Assembly: GCA_036172245.1 (NCBI GenBank)
Contig: JAYWIR010000014.1
Coordinates: 1,054,001-1,118,000, forward strand
Source: Raillietiella orientalis
Lineage: Eukaryota
DNA length: 64,000 bases
Direction: 5' to 3'
Shown: positions 40,401-51,400 of the stretch, one piece after another
How the letters are laid out: each line of letters opens with the position of its first letter
How positions within the stretch are numbered: the first letter of the stretch is position 1
Made by a program: the position numbers and the translations under genes
Notes under the pieces: model-generated
The model's input: the letters and a program-made list of their open reading frames with translations, nothing else
What the model was told of the DNA's origin: nothing
Database searches by the model: none

Positions 40401-43160
40401 TTCCCATCAACTCAAAACCTTGAGGGGCTTGCGGAATAGAGTAGCAGTCATTTCATTCTTATCGAGTAACTATGCTCTTCAATTCTTCAACCACGAGTTT
40501 CGCATCTAAATGGCACTAATAAGGCACAAGGTCTTTCTTTAAAACTCCTCACTGCTCATGCTTGCTAGCAGAAATTCCACCTGAAGCAAAGGTCAAGAAA
40601 AGCCTGAAAGGAAAGAGAGTCGCTGCTACCGAAGGGGCAGAATTTTGTTCGTGAAACAATTAGAAATTTGGGTGTTGACTACCGCTTAGAACCGAAACCT
40701 CGTGGAAACACACATATTTTTGTGATTTTGCGAAATGACGCAGCAAAAGCTTCCTTCTGATAGATAACCTTTCATCTCAACGCCTGCTTCCTTCCAAATT
40801 AAAATTTATACAAATTAATTCGTAAGAGGCCCTCTGCTGCCTGATAATATCTTCGGTTCCGTACTTTTGATCTCATCGGGATTCTACGGAATCATGCACG
40901 ACCTTGTTTTCTTTAGCATACTTACATATCGAATCTCTATTGTACTCTAAGCAGTAGACACACACAAGCTACGAGCTTCCTAGCTCTGAAAGTTTGAAAA
41001 TCACATGCTCATATTTTCAGTTTTGTCCGCATTCATAGCGGCTGATTTCATTACAACCAAACCTGACTATTAAAACGAAGTCATCTCAATGTTTACAACT
41101 TTCAGTCAAAGGACGAACAATTTAATCAGATGGACACGCAGAAGTATATTAAATTTAAAAGCATTTTCAGTCATCTGCTTAGAGTCTTCAGTGATTTGAG
41201 GTGCAATCATTAAAAACCTTTGTATCTCGAAACATTTTGACATACAAAAATGCTTCATCAATCAAACACACTAGTTAGAATAGCAGTTAGTTGACAATAA
41301 ACACCTTTAACCTTTAAGTTTTAATAGATTGTGTATCATTATAATTTGCAGCAATAACATCCCTTTATTTGTTATTCTTGCTCTTTCACCTCGATGGAAG
41401 TATGATACTTCTGTCTTGTTAGATATATCCTCTGTCCAATTTTTCTCTCTATCTTTTTGAATAGCAATTTGATTCAATTAGATGTTGAAGTATTTTTCAG
41501 GTACATTTCCGTCTTGTGGATGTAAGATGTTTTTCTTGCTAATAATGCTGATTTACCTTTCGCGACTGTTTGTTTATTTCGATTTGTATTGGTCTGCCTT
41601 GCCAATTCTCCTTTTCAATCTTGTCTTTCTTGGTGCTTGTCTAAATTCATTGGATTACAGCAGTTTGTAAAACATGCAGTATATGTTGGATTTAATGTAC
41701 TCCAAGGTGTCACGTTCGCTATTTAAAATAAAGTTTTGAATCCATTTGTATTCGATTGCGTCAGTTATAACTCAACTTTACTAATTTTTAGCATTAAGAA
41801 ACTTTGAAGAACCAGTTCTCCAGTTTGCAAGATGGATTTCTACTTAGGCATATATCCAACGTTTTGAGAGGTAGTTAAGTTAAATTGAAGTTTTTTCAAT
41901 TTAAAAGTTTGATTTCCTTGCAATTCAGACTCATTGACATGTTTAAGGACATATTAGTGTCTATTAGACATGTCTGCATTTTTTTCTCATCCAAATTTAT
42001 AGCAAAGAAACGTTTTTTGGCTTGATCATCTTGGCAACTTCAAAGCAAGGTGTGCTCTACGAAGGATAATTATTAATGATAAAATAAAAATGAAATGACA
42101 CTCCCAAAACTTGAGACTGGAATACAATTTTGTTAGTATACATTTGTAATCATTTGGAATACACTTTTGCTAGTCTTTGAGAGTTTAAAAGCATTCGAAA
42201 ATCCTTTGTCAAAAAGCCTGTTATCACTGAAAACTGCTGTTAATGTTATAACAAAATTTCGTCCGTACATACTTTTTAGAATAAATGGATAAATAAAATT
42301 ATGGAATTCAATATTTTTAAGGAAAAAATCTTCCAGAACTTATTCTTGTGAAAACCATTGGGAACCTATTAAGATATATATATATATTGCTTCGCATTAA
42401 GGAGTGCAACTTAACAGCGTTTATTAATTCATTTGTGTTTCTTGCCAAACTCGCGTGAGTATTGTCTGGATTTGGTGTCTGATGTGGGTGTATCTTCATT
42501 GTAAAATTTCAGTGTAGAACTTTATTTACAGTTTTGCGTTTTCCTACTACAGCATAAATATTATTAAATGGGTGTTTTTCTAGTCACTCTATTTCGTCGT
42601 GAATTATTTGATTTCATGGTAATATGCGGTTTGCAAAAATGTGTGTTTAAATTGTAGATCCATAAATGCTTTACTTCATCGAGTCTTTTTAGGTTACATT
42701 CCATAAGTAGCAGCGGAATTAGTAATTGGGAGAGGATAGTTGTGATTATTTTCTAATATAAAAGTTAAAAAATTTTCCACTACTGAAGGAGGAACATTTT
42801 GTGTAAGGTATTAAACCAGAATTAAACCAAATATGGGTTGAAAAATTCATGTGAAAAGTCATCAGAAATTTTAAAATGTTTTGTGCAATTTTCATGATAA
42901 TGGTTTTGTAACAATTTTGTAAATTCGTTTGTGTTTTATTGTTGAGATGTATGGAGTACGGTCTACTTAGTTTCTATAAGTATGCTTTTGTAATCCAGTC
43001 AAAAGTTAAATTAAACGTGTGTGATTGCCAAAATTTCATCGCCTGGCAGTTGAGATAAATAATTGAATTCCATGTTATAAATGTTATACGGTATCGTCTT
43101 AACTGTGTTCACTAAATTTTGGTAAATATCGTTTTAAAAAGAAACTATTTCCGAATTTTT

Positions 43161-43215
43161 AGGGTTTAATTTGCGTTGAGACAGAAAGCAACCTATTGAT
43201 TTTGACTTATTAAAG
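43161..43215 (+). other. Probable acceptor (tttttag, AG 43161-43162) and 5' UTR part of the first coding exon of eIF4G2
   Basis: T-rich acceptor. In-frame TGA at 43177-43179 and no ATG before the conserved N-terminus. Confidence 0.55.
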
Positions 43216-46161
43216 ACGGACGGGTTGGCACTAGAAGGGAGTGCTTCTCGTAGCTCAGGAGGAAGGTGAGAAACTTTTTTTATGCATAAGCACATTTAGA
43301 GATGAATATTGCAGTAGGGATGAATCCCACTCCCTTTCCACCACAATAAAGCGTTGGGTTCCTCCCTCTAGCTTAAAACGAGATGCGCTCTCCCAAGAGG
43401 AAAAGAATGATATTATATTCCGCAAAGTGCGTGGGATCCTTAATAAAATCACCCCTGAGAACTTCGATAAGCTAAAGAATAACATCCTAAGCCTTGGCCT
43501 CAATTCCCCTCTTGTTTTAAAAGGTGTTATTATTTTGGTGAGTAGTTGATTTCTAAGATTTTTGCTAATGTTTGGGACAGATTTTTGACAAGGCTCTTGA
43601 GGAACCCAAGTATAGTGCCTTGTATGCTCAGCTATGTAAGTGTTTGTCAGTAGAATTGCCTAATTTCGAGAAGTCGGGACCACGAACATTTGAGAAGTTT
43701 CTTCTCAACCGGTGTAGAGATGAGTTCAACAAACGTTCTTGCAACCTTGAAGTGGGTTCTCAGAGTAATGTTACTAATTCAGAGCATGGCAATCAGCATG
43801 TCAAGCGCAAGATGCTTGGCAATATCAAGGTAGTGCTCATTGGAAATATGGATTGAACAGATTTTGCTCAGTTCATTGGAGAGCTTGGCAAGCTGCAGAT
43901 GCTGGAAGAAGCTATTTTGCATAAATGCATCCAGGAGTTACTACAGAAGACACGTGGCTCCTGCAATGCAGATATGGCAGAGGACTTGGAATGCCTCTCC
44001 CAGATAATGAAAACTTGTGGTGCCATCTTGGAAAAGCCACAAGCCAAGGTTTGTAAAGAGATCATCCATCATAGTTGATAGTCATGTTTCTATTAGCTGC
44101 TCATGAATCAATACTTTGAGCGCATTGCCACACTCTCAGCTAGTGGAAATCTTCCTGCCCGTATTCGCTTCATGATGCAAGATGTTCTTGATATGAGGAA
44201 GAATGGCTGGCGTCAGCGTCATTATTCTGCTGATAAAGGACCCACCACTCGCACTGAGGTTACATTATGATGTTTTGAGACTGGGAATGATTAGGATGAT
44301 GTGTAGATACGAATGGAAGCATCCTTCTGTGGCATGTTCCATCCTCAGTTCATGGATATGCATTCTCAATCTTATTTGTCATCTTCAATACATGGAAAAA
44401 ATACCCTTGGCATGGATGATGTTTTGATGCCTTGTCAACCCACCAGTTTGCTGGGAATGAATACAGATGTTAGAAGAGATCCTATTCTGTAAGTGAAAGC
44501 TCTGAACTTTCAAATTTAGTTCTGTTAGCAATGGGTTTGCCCACAATAACTATCCATCTCACACCAAGTTGTCTGGAGTATCATATTCCAAATCATCCCA
44601 TCGAGCCTTTAACCATGCTTTTTCTCACAGCAACAGCAAGAATTCTTCACATAGTAGTGGCTTTAGCAATACCAAAGCTGATTGCCTGAATAGTGGTGAG
44701 TGTTTAAAAATAGGCATACAAGCAGTGGTTCCTCTAGCATATAACAAAGATGTACCTCCACGCTTCAAGAGAATGGCATTAGCACAGCAGCAAGAGCAAT
44801 TTTACAGACAACAACAAGTACAGCTGTCATGCAATACTCGGGAAGAAGTGCCTTTATCTTTGCGTCCTCAGCCGCAATCTATGATGGCTAAGTCTCATGT
44901 TGCTGCTGTCCCTGCAAAACAAGTAATTCTTTCTCAAGAGCCTTTGTTGCCAGTGCATCCCATTATCCCTCCCAATTTACCACCACCCACACTTCACAAG
45001 GAGCCGGCCATTGTTTTCAAGCCAGCAACATCAGATAAGGGCAAATCAAGTCGGAAAGATAAAGCACCTACCAAGGAAGAACTGCATAACAGGCTGAGCA
45101 CTTTCCTTGAGCAGCAGCATCAAAATTCTGCTGAAATAACGGATACAGTCACTCACTTCCAGGCTTTAACGCTGCCTGATAGATTTCTAGGTTCTGCACT
45201 GAGTTTCATGATGAATTGGTTATTGAAGCAGAATAAGGAGGATAACAGCTGGACATGGTTCGGAAAATTTTTATGCTGCATGCATAAAAAGGACCTGCTC
45301 CAAACTCCAGTTTTTCTCGAAGGTGTACGAGATGTGTTGGAGCATATAGAAGAGTCTGATTCTGTACTTGTTGATAAGATGAGATCTGGAGTATCTATTT
45401 GGTTGAGCAGTTGGATATGTGATGGTGCTGGTAATCTAATGGACATAGTAGAGCTGTTGGAGAATGGGCACCACCATCCACTGTTCTTCCTTGTATTGCA
45501 GCAGTGCTGCATAACAAAAGGTCGTGATTGGTTAATGGAAGTTTTTGAATCAAACAAAGTTAACCTGATGATGATGCTTCCAGAGGCTCAGCGTGCTAAA
45601 GATGTATTAGCTGACATTCTTGAAGAATACAATTTGAGTTTTCTGCAGCCTTTGCTGCGTATTCATAAAGAATTGAGTCATGCTCTAAATGCTGACCCCA
45701 ATCCCACGTCATTGTACAAGTGGATTCGTGCAAATCTTCAATCTGAGCACCATTCTGATCCTGCCTTTATTTCTGCTTTGATTACTGTGCTCATGAATCA
45801 TGTAATTCAGCAGGTCAATCCCTTGAGTGAGGATAAGCAACAGGAGCAGGAGAGGGAACTGTTGAACAAATTCAAGCCTTTGCTTGTTGCTTTTTTAAGA
45901 GATTGTGTTGATCTACAATTAGTTGCCATATATGGAATACAAGCATTTTGCCATTCCTGTTCATTTCCGCCAGGAATGTTGCTACGCTGGTTCAGTAATT
46001 TGTATGATATGGAAGTATTATATGAAGAGGCATTTTTAAGATGGAAAGAAGATCTTTCGCAAGACTATCCAGGCAAAGGAAAGGCCCTAATCCAGATCCA
46101 TAAGTGGCTAGATTGGTTATCTCAAGCAGAGACTGATGAAGAAGGTGAAGAAGAGGAATAG
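43216..46161 (+). CDS. eIF4G2: Eukaryotic translation initiation factor 4 gamma 2 (NAT1/DAP5/p97). Exons 43216-43265, 43300-43537, 43581-43829, 43872-44048, 44097-44258, 44307-44488, 44529-44695, 44738-46161. Predicted non-AUG (ACG) start; 882 aa, or 896 aa if 44696-44737 is retained
   Basis: N-terminal LEGSASRSSGG; RWVPPS; MIF4G motifs IFRKVRGILNKITPENFDKL, IFDKALEEPKYSALYAQLC, KRKMLGNIKFIGELGKL, EDLECLSQIMKTCG and LPARIRFMMQDVLDMRKNGW; KDVPPRF; MA3-like region; W2 domain with EEAFLRWKED, PGKGKAL and WLDWLSQAETDEEGEEEE. It lacks the long eIF4E-binding N-terminal third of eIF4G1. All introns are GT-AG and the phases are consistent (2649 nt = 883 codons). Confidence 0.97.
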
Positions 46162-46556
46162 CATGCATATGACTGAAGGATGATTCATTTTTCGAGTAAT
46201 GAATGTTTATTTTATGTGTTTGATGAATTAACGAACACTTAGTTCATAGTGTCAGAGACTTGGTTTATTGTAGACTGATTTGTAAGGTGTTGGTGTTCTT
46301 TTAATAGCAGAATCCAGCAAATTGGAATAGCTTATTTTATATATACTTGTATTTCATTTATATGGGGTTAATCCCAAAATATAATAAATAGTGCCCACAA
46401 AATCAAGGGGAAAGGATTTAGCAATAGTAACTCCATTAAAATTTGAAAGCTGTAGCCTCCTTTGCTAATAATAAATATAAAAGGCAAGGATTATTCGGTA
46501 CTGCAGTTTGCAGATACTGAGTGATTTCATTCCTCTAGTGGTGTTCCAAATTTTGC

Positions 46557-46562
46557 AATAAA
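46557..46562 (+). terminator. Candidate polyadenylation signal of eIF4G2 (others at 46383-46388 and 46470-46475)
   Basis: AATAAA ~400 nt after the stop, followed by a GT/T-rich tract (gttttgtg...ttttgtgtattttcttttc). Confidence 0.45.
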
Positions 46563-48387
46563 TGGGTGGAATGTTTTGTGCCAAATTTTGTGTATTTTCT
46601 TTTCATTCTGTTGTGTACATTAAGTCAGCATGCAGTAAAACTCCATGTGAATATGCACACACACATACAAAGCATCGATAAAACAGTTGAATTATGATAA
46701 ACAATGACAAATGGTATTAACAATAAACTTGGCAAATGGATGCTCCTAAATTTATTGGAATACCAATTCAGTCTGCAAGGTGTGGGGCATCGTGAATATG
46801 ATACGAAAAATTATTAGAAAGTTGTTTCAAGTTAACTTCCAAATTCTATCGAAACTGCTATTTTGGATGCAAATGTCTGGGAGTTATTCAGCTTGCTTTT
46901 AGTTTGTCAGTGACATACCTCAAAGGGTGCTATTTAAACTTTTGTTACTCTACACAAAACCAATAATCCTTGTTTGATGACTGGTTCCAGGCATTTAGCA
47001 GTTTCAGAATGGAATGCAAGTAGCTTTTATCACATGCATATGGATCATGAATGCAAATTAATATGCACACATTTATCCAGTTTACGAATGTTTTGTAGAA
47101 GAGTTGATTTCTAGCACTATTTTTCATTATGCTTCTGTTCATTTTTTTGCTAATTATGTGCTTAAATCTTTGAGTACAAACGTGTAATTTAGTGAAGCAT
47201 GTGTGGAGTTGACACAAAGACTATCTATAAAAAAAAAAGAATTTCTAGTGTTCATTTAGTGAAAGTTTCGTTTTTAAATGGCTAACATATGATGTCAAAT
47301 GTGTTTAAAGCAACTAACTTAGTAGATACAAATGTTCATGGTATGTATAATGCCTTATGAAACCAGAGTATGAATTCTAGCATCAATGCTATTAATAATT
47401 CACTTTTAGTTATGCATTAGTTGAAAATGACAAACAGGGTTATAGAGGAGATTAGCCAAATATGAACACCACTTTTGGAAACTATATAACATTATAGCGA
47501 CATTGTTATTATTAATAGTAATTAATTATTCTACAAATTTGCTCCGTTATAAATCATTATTTAAGATACTAGATTGGACAATTCATTGCCTTAACTGTCC
47601 ACTATTTTGGTAGATGAGCTGTAATGCTTGCAACTTTTCTCACTTTTCTAGTGAGTAATTTTTCCTGGAAACTTTTTAATGGTATTTCTCAACACTCCAA
47701 AGTTATAGTAATTTCTTAAATGCTACAGTATTTTGGAAGAGTAAAACATGGCATAGTAAAAAAGGAGCCTTTGACCAAAATACTGTAGTTGTGTTACATG
47801 TGTGTTTCCTATTCTTCAATTTGTAGTTTGATTTTCGTTCCCTTTAAAGGCTAATTAAAGTTCTTGGTTGCCTTTAAATCTGTTAAGTGCCCTGTTGGTG
47901 AACAAGGAGTGGAACAAATAAGCTGCACAATTTGAGGTATGGTAAACATAATTACTATGTGTGCAGACAAGATTGTACTTGAAATGGTTAATGTACTTGA
48001 AAATAAAGCAGTGGCAAATGGAATGTTACATGACGTTTGCCTCAATAGTGAGCTCCAGATGCTGGAATGAAAGTATTTCGTCAAGCGAGCAGTACACAGA
48101 GTTGTTTCCAAGAACGAAAAAAGTATTAACAATCCTCTCTTAGAATATGCTTATATTAAAATTTTCCAAGTGACTACCGGTACAAAGTTGATCGAGTTAT
48201 GTGAGAAAGTGTATCAGTGGAGTGCTTTTGGCAATTAAACTATGCCTTTATCTTGGCAAATTCCCCCAAGACCAGAATATAGAACAAGAATTTTTCAACA
48301 AGCAAGGTTTGGATTAATCTGAATAAAATCGTAGAATTTGGGAATGTCAGTAGAGAGCCAATGAATTTTTGAGCAAGCAAGGAGGAA

Positions 48388-48413
48388 TTCGGAAATATCG
48401 TGATATTTCCGAA
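48388..48413. repeat. 12-bp perfect inverted repeat with a 2-nt spacer
   Basis: TTCGGAAATATC-gt-GATATTTCCGAA. Confidence 0.9.
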
Positions 48414-51400
48414 AAAGGGAGATTTCTTTAGATGAAGACAATTCCTTCAGGTGGACTTTTTTAAATAACACCTTGTCAAACAACTTCATTGGGAATGAGA
48501 CGGTAACTGGATTTTGTTTCTCAGGAATTCACGAGTCGGTTTATGTTACTAACTTGCGAATGGATAAGAACAGTTTTTATCTTTTCTCTAAGTGATCACG
48601 TATTTGTTTCTTTGGATAAATGCTTGTGGGATCGATAGGGAACCTAAAGGATAGGGTGTACTAATGGAAGAAGTAAATAAACTTATAAGTTGGACTCTTC
48701 AGCAAATAGCAGTGAGCTTGGAAAAGCTTCGATGTGCTTTATTTGATGTGCTTCTGACACTTGAAAATTCTCAAAGAATCCAAGCAAAATTAAACCTCCT
48801 CCTGTCTCCATTGTACAAATCTCTCCCCATTTCTATTACTTGAACAGAGGCAGACCATTTACACAAATTGAAGAAAATTCACGAAACGAAGTATACGATT
48901 TTAGGTACACTTACATGCTTTTATACTTATACTCAAAAACTAATGTCTTTGGGTCACGTGTTGTCCCTGGCTGAGAAGAAGGATTTTCTTCAGTAATATC
49001 TTAATGCAGAATCCAAGTAATTCAGAATTTTAAAAGGGGCTCGTTTTCATCTGAAAGCATCATGTGCTAAAAAGAATCTGCTGTTTGGCTGCTTGTCACG
49101 ATAGAGCAAGCAGCAGCCACATTGTGGGGCGTGCTTTCAGTTTTTACAGGTCTAGAAATTATTATTATTTTTGGCTATTTATTCATTAAACCATGACAAA
49201 GGAAACTTTATTATTTCATAAAGTGCGCGTCGAATCTTGGGCCAATAATTATTCTTCACATAAGCAAGTGGAAAACCTATGTACTTAATTTGCCGTGAAT
49301 CAGCTTCATGTCTGAAAAAATGAAGCGTGCAGGGGCACTTACCACAAGCTCAAAGAGTTTCAAAACTTCACTAGTGAAGCTCCCACTAAAAAAAAGTGTC
49401 GTTGTCCTTTCCGAGTTCCCTTCATCTCGGCGAAAAAGAAAATGTGTGGAAGGCAACTGCACAGTTTTCGTCAAAAAGTAAATAAGAAATGACTCGATAC
49501 TTTTCATTGTCATTGATGGACTTAATTTTCTTGTTTGCTTTCCTCGAAATTTCTGGGAGTGTACCAAACTCATCCTGCTTTTATTACATCTGTAACAGAT
49601 AAGCATCCATATTAATATATCAGCATTTCCCCCCCCAAATCTCCCTCATTTCATTAGATTTCCCTTACATCAATGCAATTAGTCCTCCTTTCTCATATTA
49701 GAATTATATGAGATCAGAGTATTAGCTAAGTCAGCTGGTCTCCAAAGACCTTATTTCTCTTGAAACTTCGTTTTGAGGTTTGCTCATTCTGAGGATGGTG
49801 TTCTACAAGGATGTGTCCTCTTTTTATAGTATTGACACCTGACAGAAGAAATGTCTATGGATAGCGATGTCTGTTCATGCTACTGTTTACTGTTCCTGAA
49901 TCTTCACAGAAGCATATCGATTCTAGCTTTCTCACTTAACTGGAGTACTTTCGTGGTTTCAGGTCTTCATTTAGAAAGAGTCTAAATTTATGCCTGAAGA
50001 TCACAAGTCACAAAATATGGTGACAACGAGCAAAACGCGCAGGTCTTTGCTGCTCGAAGTTAGCTACGAGGTCACTCAGTTTTCAGGATAGGTACGTTGT
50101 CATACGAGTCACGACTCAGAACACAGCCCACCTTGAACACGTGATCACTACAGTGTAAATATCAGAAATGTCTAAAAGGCGCAATCGTGAGAACAGCTAT
50201 TCTAAGGAAAAGTCATGAGGGTGCGTAGGCGCTTTCTCTCTTTTCATTCTCCTCTCAGTTCATTTCTAATCACCAGAACTGAAGAGATATAGACCAACAG
50301 TAACAGTCTTCCTAATTTTAATAACCACGAAGTGCCCTGCCTAGCACAGAACCGATCTCCAAACCACGTATGGCACGTTCCGGTGACTTTGCAAAAGTGC
50401 TTCTTGAAAGGCAGTTTCTTCCAACTGACCATTTTCGAACATTTTTCTGATTCTTCAATTGAAAATACGCTAAAGTATTCACTGAAGTCTCACGGATCCC
50501 GAACGTAATCTGTGCCTGTTTTATCAGGAATTCACGAATTCCTTCTTCTTCCGTTGGATGCTTTTTCCCGGGGGACCACCTACACTTTTCACAGATAGGT
50601 TTTAATTTAAACGCTATGCTCTGAGATCGTGGCCCTCGCACTTTGGACGGATACTTAATTCTTGATCCTGTTGACTTTTAGGTTAGGTAACCAACGGAAC
50701 AAACGGTTGTTCATCCATATTTGTCGAATTTTGCAATTTTTCTTTATGCTTCTGCCAGAGTATCATCCTTTTCCTGATTCTAGCACTCGGAATGAAGTTT
50801 TGATTTCAACTTTGATCACTAAGGGCTGTTCACTAAATGGTTCTGGGTCGATTTCTGCTTCTCATTCTAACAAGCAAGTGATAGTTTTATTCATCACGCA
50901 TTTTCGAAGATGTGCATGAAAAGGAAGGAAAAACTTCTCTAGAAGGGCCCCCAGGTAGTTTGCAGTCTTGAGTGGAGCAGTGAGACCTCTGCTGAAGTCG
51001 GGCAGTTGTGCAAACCGAGCATCGAATCTTGAAGATGCTTTTTGGGTGCTGTCGGATCTTAACATCGAAACACCCGATCATTGAGAAAGCTGAGAGAGGA
51101 ATATCATCGTGGAATATCAACAATAATGTCAAAATTGCAATGAGCGATAGGAGAGAGAGAATGGAAGACCTGCTTGTTTCCATCCATTTTGCAAGCCACC
51201 ATCATCGGCTCGCGATTAGCAGCGTTCCCTGAGCAACGCGGTTACAAAAAATCATCGACATCACTTTCTGTTAGTAATACCAAGAAGCATCTTTCATCCT
51301 TCCATGCACTCGTTCTATCAGTAACCTCAAAGCTCACTGTGATATCATAGGACACCCTGAACTCCTTGAAATGCTTCAAAGAAACTGGAACATTTTCACT

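Noticed and set aside
43241..43299. ORF-track GTG at 43241 as the eIF4G2 start (tempting because vertebrates use GUG)
   Set aside because: It is out of frame with the conserved EGSASR peptide and reaches exon 2 only by reading through the 34-nt intron. The gtg is part of AGT-GCT, and its +4 base is C.
44569..46161. 530-aa ORF as an independent gene
   Set aside because: It is the last two exons of eIF4G2 plus a probable 42-nt intron. Its TTG start is an internal Leu.
47939..48070. 43-aa ORF MVNIITMCADKIVLEMVNVLENK...
   Set aside because: Short, no recognisable homology, and partly explained by a local gtacttgaaa duplication.
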